A stretch of DNA of 61,241 nucleotides, the filler included. It is 8 parts of 8 records of this genome, joined end to end, with 100 filler letters (N's around TTAATTAATTAA, not from the genome) between each part and the next. Parts side by side here need not be neighbours in the genome. Positions count along the whole stretch, not along the records: positions 17,861 to 27,969 come from SRR20825010_6909; positions 28,070 to 37,678 come from SRR20825010_6912; 6 more parts are not named here. One strand, given 5' to 3'. A model generated the notes under the pieces. The model was not told the DNA's origin. It saw only the letters and a program-made list of their open reading frames with translations, and made no database searches. The position numbers and the translations under genes are program-made. Of the stretch, positions 19,925 to 30,197 are shown in pieces. Within the stretch, counting starts at the first letter, position 1. Every line of letters begins with the position of its first letter.

Positions 19925-22435
19925 ATGCAAAGGATATTTATCCCATTGCTACTAATCTTATTGACTGCATTTCAAGGATTAGCCCAGCAAAACCAAAAAC
20001 CCATTACAATTTCAGGAAAGGTAACCGATTCAGAATCAGGTCAACCTTTGGAATATGCGACTTTCGTGCTGCAAAAAGCAGATAGTCCAGATCAGGTAAC
20101 CGGAGGAATTACGGACCTCGATGGTAACTTTGAAATAGAGACTGCTCCCGGAACTTACAACATCAGGGTCGAGTTTATTTCTTATAAAACGTATTCCCGA
20201 CAAGGACAAACCTTTAATTCCGATACCGATTTAGGTTCAATTACCTTATCCCCGGACGTGGCGCAATTAGCCGAAGTTGAAGTTGTAGGAGAAAAAACTA
20301 CTGTGGAAGTTAGGCTGGACAAAAAAATCTATAATATCGGAAAAGACCTTACTACAAGTGGTGCCACTATTAGTGACGCCTTGAGCAATGTACCTTCCGT
20401 AAATGTTGATATTGACGGTGCCATCAGTCTTCGTGGAAACGAAAATGTTCGTATTCTAATCAATGGCAAGCCATCTGCTTTGGCAGGTTTTGGCTCCACC
20501 GAAGCACTTCAGCAGTTGCCGGCCGACGCCATAGAAAAAGTGGAAGTGATAACCAGTCCTTCCGCCAGATATGACGCCGAAGGTACTGCTGGTATTCTAA
20601 ACATTGTTTTAAAAAGAGAGAAAACTCTTGGGTTCAATGGATCCATCAATTTGTATGGAGGCCACCCGACCAATGGTGGTATCACGGCCAATGCCAACCT
20701 TAGGACCAACAAGTTTAATTTTTTCACTACAGTTGGTTACCGCTATAGAGAAGGGCCTGGTAACGGATTTTTTGATACCAGATATTTCGACCCAAGACAG
20801 GATGCATTTTTGGACAGTATCGCTTACGACAGGAATATCGAAGATAGGGATATAAGCAGGATCAATCGTGGAGTCAATGCAAATTTTGGCATGGAGTATT
20901 TCTTCAATGAACAATCCTCCATTACAGGTTCTTATTTCTACAGAACAGGGAGCGATGAGGATCTTACCACAAACATAAACGATTACTTTTTAAACAATGA
21001 TCCACAGGTAGGTACCACAAGAAGCGAACTGGAAACAGAAAAAGACAATACCCACCAAGTTTCGCTTAATTACATCAATAGATTTGATAAGGATGGACAT
21101 GTATTGACCGCTGATTTTCAATATTCTGTGGATGAAGAAGTACAAAATGGGTTTATAGCCGAACCTGTTCGTTATAACAATACAAACAATAACGATATAG
21201 CTATTCCAATGGAAGAGACCTCTACCCTAGAGGACCAAACAGAATACTTGGTACAGAGTGATTATGTGCTCCCATTTGGTGAAGATTCACAATTTGAAGC
21301 AGGATATCGTGGGACTTTTGAAAACGAGGTAACAGATTACCGACTACTACAAGAAAATGCAGGGGGAGTTCTTGAAGTCAACGTGAATCAAACCAATGTT
21401 TTTGATTTTACTCAGAATGTTCATGCACTATATTCCCAATATGGTTCAAAATTTGGGGACTTTAATTTTCTCTTGGGACTTAGAATGGAGAGTACCCAAT
21501 TAAAGGGTAAAATTGAATCCGAACTTACCGAAGAGGAACTACAGGAAGAGTTTTCGTTCCCAATAGATACAGATTTTGATAATAACTACACAGGTCTCTT
21601 TCCTACGGTAAATTTGATTTACGAATTCACCGAAAGAGAGAATGTTTCTTTGGGATACAATAGAAGAATCAATCGTCCATGGAGCTGGTTTTTGAATCCG
21701 TTCCCATCAAGAAGCAGTAGAACCAATATTTTTCAGGGTAACCCTAACCTTCGACCTGCATTTTCAAATGCATTTGACCTTGGGTACTTAAAACGATGGG
21801 ACAAACTAACCTTGACTTCATCGGTATATTATCAAAGAGAAACCGATGCATTTCAAAGAGTTCAGGAACAAGTATTCATTACCGGGCCAGGGGGTTCCCA
21901 AGTTGAGGTGATCAGAAACATTCCTTTTAACTTGGCAACAAACGATAGAACAGGTGCAGAAGTGGGAATGTTATATAATCCTACAAAGTGGCTGCGACTA
22001 AATGGTAGTGTGAATTTCTTTAGATTCAGTCTTGATGGAGAATTCAATGGAGTCGATTATAGTCAATCCAACAATAGCTGGTTTGGTCGCTTTAGTTCCA
22101 AAGTTACATTGCCTTGGAAAATTGACTGGCAAACCAATGCATTCTACCGAGGTGCATCCGATGATATACAAGGGCGGTCTGATGGTATTTTATCAATTGA
22201 CCTAGCGTTTAGTAAAGATCTTTTAAATGATAATGCCACCATTTCTTTGAACGTACAGGATCTGTTGAACTCAAGAAAACGCAGCTCGTTCACTACAACG
22301 GATTTTTTCGAGCAAGACAGTGACTTTCAATGGAGACAGCGCCAGTTAAGGGTTTCGTTCATCTATCGTATCAACGAACAGAAAAAACGTGGACGGCCCG
22401 AAAGACAAGATGATTATGAAGAAGGACAGTTTTAG
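19925..22435 (+). CDS. TonB-dependent receptor with N-terminal carboxypeptidase-regulatory-like domain
   Basis: 'ITISGKVTD', plug 'VRILINGKPS', 'IEKVEVITSPSARYDAEG', 'GNPNLRP' barrel motif. Confidence 0.92.
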   Translation: MQRIFIPLLLILLTAFQGLAQQNQKPITISGKVTDSESGQPLEYATFVLQKADSPDQVTGGITDLDGNFEIETAPGTYNIRVEFISYKTYSRQGQTFNSDTDLGSITLSPDVAQLAEVEVVGEKTTVEVRLDKKIYNIGKDLTTSGATISDALSNVPSVNVDIDGAISLRGNENVRILINGKPSALAGFGSTEALQQLPADAIEKVEVITSPSARYDAEGTAGILNIVLKREKTLGFNGSINLYGGHPTNGGITANANLRTNKFNFFTTVGYRYREGPGNGFFDTRYFDPRQDAFLDSIAYDRNIEDRDISRINRGVNANFGMEYFFNEQSSITGSYFYRTGSDEDLTTNINDYFLNNDPQVGTTRSELETEKDNTHQVSLNYINRFDKDGHVLTADFQYSVDEEVQNGFIAEPVRYNNTNNNDIAIPMEETSTLEDQTEYLVQSDYVLPFGEDSQFEAGYRGTFENEVTDYRLLQENAGGVLEVNVNQTNVFDFTQNVHALYSQYGSKFGDFNFLLGLRMESTQLKGKIESELTEEELQEEFSFPIDTDFDNNYTGLFPTVNLIYEFTERENVSLGYNRRINRPWSWFLNPFPSRSSRTNIFQGNPNLRPAFSNAFDLGYLKRWDKLTLTSSVYYQRETDAFQRVQEQVFITGPGGSQVEVIRNIPFNLATNDRTGAEVGMLYNPTKWLRLNGSVNFFRFSLDGEFNGVDYSQSNNSWFGRFSSKVTLPWKIDWQTNAFYRGASDDIQGRSDGILSIDLAFSKDLLNDNATISLNVQDLLNSRKRSSFTTTDFFEQDSDFQWRQRQLRVSFIYRINEQKKRGRPERQDDYEEGQF

Positions 22436-22465
22436 AAAAAAATAGTTTCCCCGAAACTTAAACCT

Positions 22466-22492
22466 AAGAGCAGCCGTTTGGCTGCTTTTTTT
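22466..22492 (+). terminator. intrinsic terminator after the TonB-dependent receptor
   Basis: AGCAGCC-GTTT-GGCTGCT followed by a T-run. Confidence 0.8.
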
Positions 22493-22582
22493 ATACTCTT
22501 TTTTATAAGGAACCATCCTTAAAATAAGTGCAAAAAAATAGTCTTCAAAACCATGAAGACTATTTTAGGAAACAGCTTAAAC

Positions 22583-22609
22583 AAAAAAAGAAGCCTTTTG
22601 GCTTCTTTT
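22583..22609 (-). terminator. intrinsic terminator of the small membrane-protein gene
   Basis: AAAAGAAGCC-TTTT-GGCTTCTTTT with A7 on the + strand (U-tract on the - strand). Confidence 0.7.
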
Positions 22610-22617
22610 CATATATA

Positions 22618-22791
22618 TTATTCTTCCAGTTGGGCGCGCTTGGCCTCTTTTCTTTCTTTATACATTTCCCTTAGGTTGCCAATCAACCAGTAAGGTACTA
22701 CAAAGGTCAACAAGAATATCATCAACCAAAAACCGATTGTCAAAATTGTTAGAAAAGCTAGAAAACCTAAATATTGGTCAAAATCAAACAT
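22618..22791 (-). CDS. small (57 aa) membrane protein
   Basis: Below the ORF-track cutoff: MFDFDQYLGFLAFLTILTIGFWLMIFLLTFVVPYWLIGNLREMYKERKEAKRAQLEE; own -7 element TATCTTTG (22812-22819, - strand) and own terminator. Confidence 0.78.
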   Translation of the reverse strand: MFDFDQYLGFLAFLTILTIGFWLMIFLLTFVVPYWLIGNLREMYKERKEAKRAQLEE

Positions 22792-22930
22792 CTTTTTTCC
22801 TTTTGTTTTAACAAAGATACTTTCTTCTTATCAAAAAATGCAAATAGATGTACAAAAAAAGTGTATTTATCTAGATCAATTACCATATAAATCCCCTATA
22901 TCCTACCTTTGTGCGACAAAATTTTAAACT

Positions 22931-24328
22931 ATGAGTTTCAGGATTGAAAAAGACACCATGGGCGAGGTAAAAGTACCCGCCGATAAGTATTGGGGCGCCC
23001 AAACCGAACGTTCCCGAAACAACTTTAAAATTGGTGCGCCTGCATCTATGCCTTTGGATGTGGTATACGGATTTGCATATTTAAAAAAGGCCGCGGCCTA
23101 CACGAACCATGAACTTGGGGTGCTCAGCCAAGAAAAAAGAGATTTGATCGCACAGGTTTGTGATGAAATTCTCGAGGGCAAACACGATGACCAGTTTCCT
23201 TTGGTCATTTGGCAAACAGGCTCGGGAACCCAGAGCAACATGAACGTGAACGAAGTGATTGCCAATAGGGCTCACGAAATTGCCGGTAAAAAAATTGGGG
23301 AAGGCGAGAAAACCATCCAGCCCAACGACGATGTGAACAAGAGCCAATCCTCCAACGATACTTTCCCCACGGGAATGCACATTGCTGCCTATAAAAAGAT
23401 TGTGGAGGTTACCATTCCCGGTGTGGAGCAACTGAGGGATACTTTGGAGAAAAAATCCAAAGAATTTAAGGATGTTGTGAAGATAGGTAGGACGCACCTT
23501 ATGGATGCCACTCCCCTAACCTTGGGCCAAGAATTTTCCGGCTACGTTTCGCAATTGAATCATGGTTTAAAAGCGTTGAAGAATACGTTGCCACACCTTA
23601 GCGAGCTTGCCCTTGGTGGAACGGCCGTAGGTACAGGACTGAATACACCAAAGGGTTATGATGTTCTTGTGGCTAAATATATTGCTGAGTTTACTGGAAA
23701 ACCTTTTGTTACTGCAGAAAACAAGTTTGAGGCACTTGCAGCGCACGATGCCATTGTTGAAAGCCACGGTGCACTGAAACAATTAGCGGTTTCTTTGAAC
23801 AAAATTGCGAACGACATCCGTATGATGGCGTCTGGCCCTCGTTCTGGTATCGGGGAGATTATAATACCTGCCAACGAACCGGGAAGCTCCATAATGCCCG
23901 GCAAGGTAAACCCTACCCAGTGTGAAGCCATTACCATGGTATGCGCCCAAGTTATGGGGAATGATGTGACCATTAGCGTTGGTGGCACACAAGGCCATTA
24001 TGAACTAAACGTTTTTAAACCGGTTATGGCCGCCAATATTCTACAATCTGCCCAACTTATTGGTGATGCTTGTGTAAGTTTTGATGAAAACTGTGCTGCT
24101 GGAATTGAGCCAAACCATGCTACCATAAAGACGTTGTTGAACAATTCTTTGATGCTGGTTACCGCTTTGAACACCAAGATTGGTTATTACAAGGCGGCAG
24201 AAATTGCCAATACAGCTCATAAAAATGGTACTACATTGAAAGAAGAGGCCATTAATCTTGGATACGTTACTGCTGAAGAATATGATGAGTGGGTAAAACC
24301 GGAAGATATGGTGGGAAGTTTAAAATAA
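22931..24328 (+). CDS. fumC: class II fumarate hydratase
   Basis: '[11 protein letters not shown]', '[12 protein letters not shown]', '[15 protein letters not shown]'; -7 element TACCTTTG at 22904-22911. Confidence 0.98.
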   Translation: MSFRIEKDTMGEVKVPADKYWGAQTERSRNNFKIGAPASMPLDVVYGFAYLKKAAAYTNHELGVLSQEKRDLIAQVCDEILEGKHDDQFPLVIWQTGSGTQSNMNVNEVIANRAHEIAGKKIGEGEKTIQPNDDVNKSQSSNDTFPTGMHIAAYKKIVEVTIPGVEQLRDTLEKKSKEFKDVVKIGRTHLMDATPLTLGQEFSGYVSQLNHGLKALKNTLPHLSELALGGTAVGTGLNTPKGYDVLVAKYIAEFTGKPFVTAENKFEALAAHDAIVESHGALKQLAVSLNKIANDIRMMASGPRSGIGEIIIPANEPGSSIMPGKVNPTQCEAITMVCAQVMGNDVTISVGGTQGHYELNVFKPVMAANILQSAQLIGDACVSFDENCAAGIEPNHATIKTLLNNSLMLVTALNTKIGYYKAAEIANTAHKNGTTLKEEAINLGYVTAEEYDEWVKPEDMVGSLK

Positions 24329-24348
24329 GTTTCAAACCAATAGCAATA

Positions 24349-24382
24349 AAAAATGCCCATCCAAAATTGGACGGGCATTTTT
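24349..24382. terminator. bidirectional intrinsic terminator
   Basis: AAAAATGCCCATCCAA-AA-TTGGACGGGCATTTTT between convergent genes. Confidence 0.8.
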
Positions 24383-24406
24383 AGTTATGGTGATAGTGTG
24401 TGTTTA

Positions 24407-25297
24407 CTATTTCAACTCAAAGCTGGAAGTACCCAACAGTTTCAATTTGTTATCATAAACATTTACCATGTAGTTTCCATCTTGGAAATCACCACTAGGC
24501 TTGTTTATATAATCACAAACATCCAAAGCATCGTTCTCGTAGTAGAAGTTGGTTCCTTTACTGTAGGTAAGAGAATTACCTTCTTCGGTAGTTTTAGTCA
24601 AACCTTCACCCAATACATTACCTTGTGGTCCAAGAACTTCGATATAAAATTCTCTGTCACCAGCTTCAGCGATTACGTTATCGGCAATGGTAAAACAAAC
24701 TTTGAATTTATCAGTGGCTCTAGCTCTGGAAGTAGATACCAATTTACCACTGTTTCTCTCCTTAATGGCATCAACGCTTATAGTACTAAGGTTAAGTGCA
24801 GATCCTTTTTCAACAGCGTCTGCCAATTGAGTGTTCTGGATGATCAAAGAATCGTTGAATACAGTTTGTTGTTCCAATTCAGCAAAAGTGCTGTCTCTTT
24901 GCATAGCCAACAAGCTGTTGGATTGCGTCAAGGAATCAACTTGTTTCAATAATTCTTCTCTTTCTGCTTTAAGTACGCTTACTTGTCTCCTGTAACGGGA
25001 AAGTGTAGCAATATCAGCTTTCATGCTACTTACAGAATCAATGTATTTAGCGATGTTGTCTCTAGCGGCAACCAATTCTTCATTGGTAGCATTGCTTTCC
25101 AAAATAGCTTTATCGTACTCGGACTTCAAATTGTTCAAATCCTCTACGACCAATTCTTTCTCTTGAGTAAGTGCTTCTGATGTAGCTTTTTTATCTTGAT
25201 AAAGACTAACCGTGTAAATAATGGTTCCCAAAAGAACTACCCCTAACAGACCTGCTATTACTTTCAATCCGTTATTGTTATTTTTTGTTTCAGTCAT
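24407..25297 (-). CDS. membrane-anchored coiled-coil protein of unknown function
   Basis: N-terminal TM, long heptad-like helical region, beta-rich C-terminal domain; no nucleotide-binding motif. Confidence 0.75.
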   Translation of the reverse strand: MTETKNNNNGLKVIAGLLGVVLLGTIIYTVSLYQDKKATSEALTQEKELVVEDLNNLKSEYDKAILESNATNEELVAARDNIAKYIDSVSSMKADIATLSRYRRQVSVLKAEREELLKQVDSLTQSNSLLAMQRDSTFAELEQQTVFNDSLIIQNTQLADAVEKGSALNLSTISVDAIKERNSGKLVSTSRARATDKFKVCFTIADNVIAEAGDREFYIEVLGPQGNVLGEGLTKTTEEGNSLTYSKGTNFYYENDALDVCDYINKPSGDFQDGNYMVNVYDNKLKLLGTSSFELK

Positions 25298-25465
25298 AAC
25301 TTTTTGTTTTAATTGATTCTACGTTTAAGGTTTTTTAATCAATCGTGTTTGGTTTATATACGCACCAGATTTACATTTGGATTATTCGGATGAAAATAAT
25401 CTTCACAAAAAATTACAATTCTGCTTATAATCCCTTATTTTTAAAAGGATAAAAAAGAATCCATT

Positions 25466-26263
25466 ATGAGAAAAAATATATTCGTAACCATCGGTGCACT
25501 AGCACTTTTTATGGTTTCTTGCAAGGAAAAGGAGAAACAACAAGAAGAAACAGCGGATGTAGAAGAAACCACAATCGAGGTTGAAGCTCCAGCGGAGGCT
25601 AAAATCATACCTATTGAACATGCGACTGCCGTAATCGAATGGGATGACAATACCATATATATAGATCCTGTTGGTGGGAAAGCCGCTTTTGAAGGTCAAA
25701 AATCGCCTGATATCATTTTTATTACGGATATCCATGGAGACCATTTTAATCCGGAAACTTTAAACGAATTGGATTTGGAAGGGGTCCAAATAATTGCTCC
25801 CGATGCCGTGGTTTTACAAATGGAAGAAAACCTTTCCTCCAAAACAACCACTATGAAAAATGGGGAAAGCAAAGAGATTGCCGGTTTTCAAGTAAAAGCC
25901 ATACCTATGTACAACTTACGGGAAGAAGCTAAAGACTTTCATGTAAAAGGAAGAGGAAATGGCTATGTATTCACCTTTGGTGATGAACGCATTTATTTCT
26001 CTGGAGATACTGAGGACATTCCTGAAATGCGTGCTTTGGAAAGTATAGATAAAGCATTCATTTGTATGAACCTTCCGTATACCATGACAGTGGAAAGTGC
26101 AGCCGATGCTGTATTGGAATTTAAACCTGCCCAAGTTTATCCATACCACTTTAGAGGCAGACCCGACGTAAGTGATGTGGGCAAGTTCAAAACATTGGTG
26201 AACGAGGGTGATTCTGACATTGAGGTTGTACAATTGGATTGGTATCCAACAGAAGATTACTAA
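25466..26263 (+). CDS. MBL-fold metallo-hydrolase lipoprotein
   Basis: Lipobox VSC; 'TDIHGDH', 'YFSGDTE', 'YPYH'. Confidence 0.88.
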   Translation: MRKNIFVTIGALALFMVSCKEKEKQQEETADVEETTIEVEAPAEAKIIPIEHATAVIEWDDNTIYIDPVGGKAAFEGQKSPDIIFITDIHGDHFNPETLNELDLEGVQIIAPDAVVLQMEENLSSKTTTMKNGESKEIAGFQVKAIPMYNLREEAKDFHVKGRGNGYVFTFGDERIYFSGDTEDIPEMRALESIDKAFICMNLPYTMTVESAADAVLEFKPAQVYPYHFRGRPDVSDVGKFKTLVNEGDSDIEVVQLDWYPTEDY

Positions 26264-26331
26264 AAAATGAAATAATATTGTAGTTTAGCCGTTAGAAAAC
26301 AAACTTAGTAACCTAAATCAAATACTCGAAT

Positions 26332-27012
26332 ATGGCTCCCAAATCCCATGTTTTTGTAGTGTTGGCACTTCTATTTGCCATACAAACTACCTACTCCAAT
26401 CAATGTGATAATTTTTATGCTAAAGTTACCTATGCGCTGAGTCATGGCAAAAAAGCCATGGAAGCCACCAACTTTGAGCACCAAATGTACTACGCTGAAA
26501 GAGCCCTTACCGCTTTGGAAAGCGGGCAAAGTTTTATGGAAGAATGCAGTTGTGTTAAGGCCAAGAACAAGACCTTGGATGCCATGGAAACCCTAGATAA
26601 GGCCATAGAGCCCGCTGACTGGGAAGCTGGAAGGTTCTTTACCAAAAAAGCTATCGGCGAAATCAACGAACTCATTACCATTATAGATGAGTGCACTCTT
26701 GGAACGTCCCCATCGGTCGTTTCTGAAGAAATTTATACTGATGATGGAACTGCTATCGCAGAAAGTACCGAAACCGCTTCCGTACAGTCCATGGAACTGG
26801 AAATGATAAAAGTTTTTGAAAAGCATGCAGGTGATAAACTCCATTCCGCGGAACAGGCCATTCAACAATTGGTAGAACTTTCAAATTCCATTGGATCTTC
26901 TTCGGGAAACAGTCAAGATGCCAATAGCTTGGCTGCCCACCAAAAAGCTTATTTGGAAAAAGCGAAAAGATTGTTGGAGGAAGGAATCAAAAATCTCGGT
27001 GGAGAAGAATAA
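26332..27012 (+). CDS. hypothetical secreted helical protein
   Basis: Signal peptide; several Cys (QCD, ECSC, DECT). Confidence 0.65.
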   Translation: MAPKSHVFVVLALLFAIQTTYSNQCDNFYAKVTYALSHGKKAMEATNFEHQMYYAERALTALESGQSFMEECSCVKAKNKTLDAMETLDKAIEPADWEAGRFFTKKAIGEINELITIIDECTLGTSPSVVSEEIYTDDGTAIAESTETASVQSMELEMIKVFEKHAGDKLHSAEQAIQQLVELSNSIGSSSGNSQDANSLAAHQKAYLEKAKRLLEEGIKNLGGEE

Positions 27013-27026
27013 TTCCTCCCCTTTTA

Positions 27027-27969
27027 TTAACGAATCAGTTTTTTGTATTTGATACGCTTGGGCATGATATCCGTTCCCAAGCGTTTCTTTTTGTTCTCCT
27101 CATAATCCGAGAAAGAACCTTCAAAGAAGTATACTTGTGAATCGCCTTCGAATGCCAAAATGTGTGTGCAGATTCTGTCCAAGAACCATCTGTCGTGAGA
27201 TATAATCACAGCACAACCTGCAAAGTTTTCCAAACCTTCTTCCAACGCACGTAGTGTGTTTACATCCAAATCGTTCGTGGGCTCATCCAATAGCAGAACG
27301 TTGCCCTCTTCTTTTAAGGTCATCGCCAAATGCAAGCGGTTTCTTTCACCTCCGGATAGCATATTCACCTTTTTGTTCTGTTCGCTTCCCGAAAAGTTAA
27401 ATCGACTCAAATAGGCACGGGAATTTACTTGCTTCCCTCCCATCATGATCAACTCTTGGCTATCACTGAAGTTTTCCCAAATAGATTTCTCAGGGTCAAT
27501 ATTTGAGTGTGATTGATCCACATAGGCCAACTTGGCGGTATCCCCAACAATAAATTCTCCTTTGTCGGGTGTTTCCTCCCCCATGATCATTTTGAATATG
27601 GTGGTCTTACCAGCACCGTTCGGACCAATTATACCTACGATACCTGCTTGTGGAAGATTAAAATTAAGTTCTTCGTACAACAATTTATCTCCAAAGGCCT
27701 TGCTAACACCTTTTGCCTCTATTACATTGGTTCCCAATCGAGGCCCATTTGGAATATAAATCTCCAACTTCTCCTCTATTTGTTTTTGGTCTTGGCTAAG
27801 GAGCTTGTCATAATTTTTTAAACGGGCCTTTTGTTTGGCCTGTCTTCCCTTTGCTCCTTGGCGAACCCAATCCAGCTCCCGCTCCAATGTTTTTTGACGT
27901 TTGGAGGCTTGTTTGTTTTCTTGCTCCAGTCTCTTGGCTTTTTGATCCAACCAGCTAGAGTAGTTCCCT
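27027..27969 (-). CDS. ettA: ABC-F translational throttle EttA (5' truncated)
   Basis: 'LERELDWVRQGAKGRQAKQKARL', 'IPNGPRLG', Walker A 'GPNGAGKT', 'LSGGERNR', C-terminal 'RIKYKKL'. Confidence 0.93.
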
Positions 27970-28069
27970 NNNNNNNNNNNNNNNNNNNNNNNNNNNNNNN
28001 NNNNNNNNNNNNNTTAATTAATTAANNNNNNNNNNNNNNNNNNNNNNNNNNNNNNNNNNNNNNNNNNNN
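27970..28069. other. artificial contig spacer
   Basis: N44-TTAATTAATTAA-N44. Confidence 0.98.
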
Positions 28070-28070
28070 G

Positions 28071-30149
28071 TTGACAAGTCCGATCCGGGAGAGTCGGCCC
28101 CGATCCGCTCTCGCAATTTGCGTATTACTGATTTTCTTTGTCTCAGGTTTGAGTGATGTGGCACGGACGGAGGAACAGCCTGAGACAAATCAAAAGAGCC
28201 CTGCGGTCTCCACCAAACCACAAAATAGTTCCGAGAACAAACCGGCAGAGCAATACTTCATCACAGGTACCGTTCGAGATGCCCACTCGGGCAAACCAGT
28301 TTCGAATGCAGAACTCCGGATATTTGTCGCTTCGGAAATTGATATCAATCAGAGAGTACGAAAGGGAATGACAAATGACAAAGGGCAGTACCGCATTGAA
28401 GTGCCTTTGGGCAATGTGCAAATCTGGTTTCCCACTTTAAAACCGGGGTACTGGCTCCTGCCTGAAGAATGCTCGCGCGCTTTAGTGACAACGACAGAGA
28501 ACCCCGTACTCGAACATGACATCAATGCTCAGACAGGTGCCATCTGGAACATTCACTGGAAAGGAAAGCTCAACGAACAACAACTTAAACTATTCCGCTC
28601 ACAAACCAAGGACCAGCCGATTCAATTCAGGGCTTCCATTCAAGAAGTGGAAGACGACGCAAAACGGGCCGCCTGGTTGAAGGGGGAACCAGTCTCGTTT
28701 CAGAAAGCGTATGCCAGTTCCGTGAGCAATCTTGATCAGTCAGGACGCGGGAAACTGACACAAGTGGGAACCAGCGGTAAATATATTTTGACACTCGTCA
28801 ATATGACAGCCGAATTGATCGTTGAGCTTGGCTTTGACAATACTCAGGTCGTTTCGCTGAAACAGATTCCCGATACCGATAAAACGCAGATGATCGACGC
28901 CTCGGGAAAGAAAGCAACTGTCAGTAAAGCGACCGTCACACTCACCGACGGCGTTCCTTTGCTCACATTTCAGCCCGAAGCAGCAAAACCGCTTGGCAAT
29001 CAAAGGCTCACCGGTCGAGTCGTGGACGACGAGGGGTATCCACTCGCTGGAGTACGAGTCGGAGTTGTCTCAGGTTTAAAGGGAGGAGGCAGTGGTGACA
29101 CGGGAGAGTCAACCCAGACCGCAGACGATGGTAAGTTCTCAATAGAACTGCCCGTGTATAAAAATCAGGTTTTCAATAATCTGCAATTTTCGGTCATGCT
29201 GACAAAAGACGGCTTTGCCGGAACTGATTCAGAAATCGTGGAAGCCAAAAAGGACTTTGCCCCCATCGACTTTAAGACACTCACACTCCATCCAGGCCAT
29301 ACGCTTCCGATCCTTGTTCTGGATGAACAGGAACAGCCCCTGGCGGGAGCAATCCTGGAACCCGGGAATGGTTATGCTTTGAGGCGCCAGATCACCCGGA
29401 CTGATTCTGCTGGCCGGGGTGTATTAAAAAACTTACCGAGTGGCGTGGTGCAAGTCTCCATCCGCTGGGGTACGAAAATCAAATGGACCAATCTGGTCAT
29501 CAGCAAAAATCAGTCTGAGAATCAGACAGTTACGATTCGTGTCAAGGAGTTCGTACCTGCTACCACATCCAAGGTAGAAAAATCCAAACCGCTGGCCGTC
29601 GGTCAGATTGCCCCTGAGTGGGATATTGTGGAGTGGTCAGATGGACGATCACGCAAACTCTCCGACTTTCACGGACAAATTGTGGTGCTTGATTTCTGGG
29701 GGCTCCGCTGCAGTGGCTGCGTCGCTTCGATACCTGCACAGAAAAAACTGGCACAAAAATACGCAAGTCAGGGGGTCGTCTTCCTGGGGATCCATACTGC
29801 AGATGGAGAATTGAGCCAGATCAAAAAGCTCAAACAGAGTGAGGAATGGACGATTCCGACGGGAATTGATCGAGGCACTTCAATTCTGGATAGTGTGACG
29901 GGGAAAAAATATGGTGTCCAGGGATATCCAGCTTTGATTGTCATCAATCCTGATGGCCAAATCACATTTCGCAGCGATGTCAATCCACCAGGGGATCGTG
30001 ATGCTTTCATGAAAACTCTGGCCACAGCAAGCGGCGTGAAATGGCCGCCCGCCGAGAATGCAACTCAAGTTGAGATGATAGAAATCATGAATCAACTTCA
30101 ATTTACATTGATCAGTAAAGAAATCGAACGCGTACTGAAAACGAAATAA
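28071..30149 (+). CDS. multidomain extracytoplasmic protein with carboxypeptidase-regulatory-like repeats and C-terminal redoxin (TlpA-like) domain; probably 5' truncated
   Basis: TM segment, repeats 'ITGTVRD..GKPV', 'LTGRVVDDEGYPLAGV', 'VLDEQEQPLAGA'; 'VVLDFWGLRCSGC', 'YGVQGYP'. Confidence 0.8.
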   Translation: MTSPIRESRPRSALAICVLLIFFVSGLSDVARTEEQPETNQKSPAVSTKPQNSSENKPAEQYFITGTVRDAHSGKPVSNAELRIFVASEIDINQRVRKGMTNDKGQYRIEVPLGNVQIWFPTLKPGYWLLPEECSRALVTTTENPVLEHDINAQTGAIWNIHWKGKLNEQQLKLFRSQTKDQPIQFRASIQEVEDDAKRAAWLKGEPVSFQKAYASSVSNLDQSGRGKLTQVGTSGKYILTLVNMTAELIVELGFDNTQVVSLKQIPDTDKTQMIDASGKKATVSKATVTLTDGVPLLTFQPEAAKPLGNQRLTGRVVDDEGYPLAGVRVGVVSGLKGGGSGDTGESTQTADDGKFSIELPVYKNQVFNNLQFSVMLTKDGFAGTDSEIVEAKKDFAPIDFKTLTLHPGHTLPILVLDEQEQPLAGAILEPGNGYALRRQITRTDSAGRGVLKNLPSGVVQVSIRWGTKIKWTNLVISKNQSENQTVTIRVKEFVPATTSKVEKSKPLAVGQIAPEWDIVEWSDGRSRKLSDFHGQIVVLDFWGLRCSGCVASIPAQKKLAQKYASQGVVFLGIHTADGELSQIKKLKQSEEWTIPTGIDRGTSILDSVTGKKYGVQGYPALIVINPDGQITFRSDVNPPGDRDAFMKTLATASGVKWPPAENATQVEMIEIMNQLQFTLISKEIERVLKTK

Positions 30150-30197
30150 TAAGAGTTCCTCTCATTGCGGAAGATGCGATATTCACAATCTGATTTG

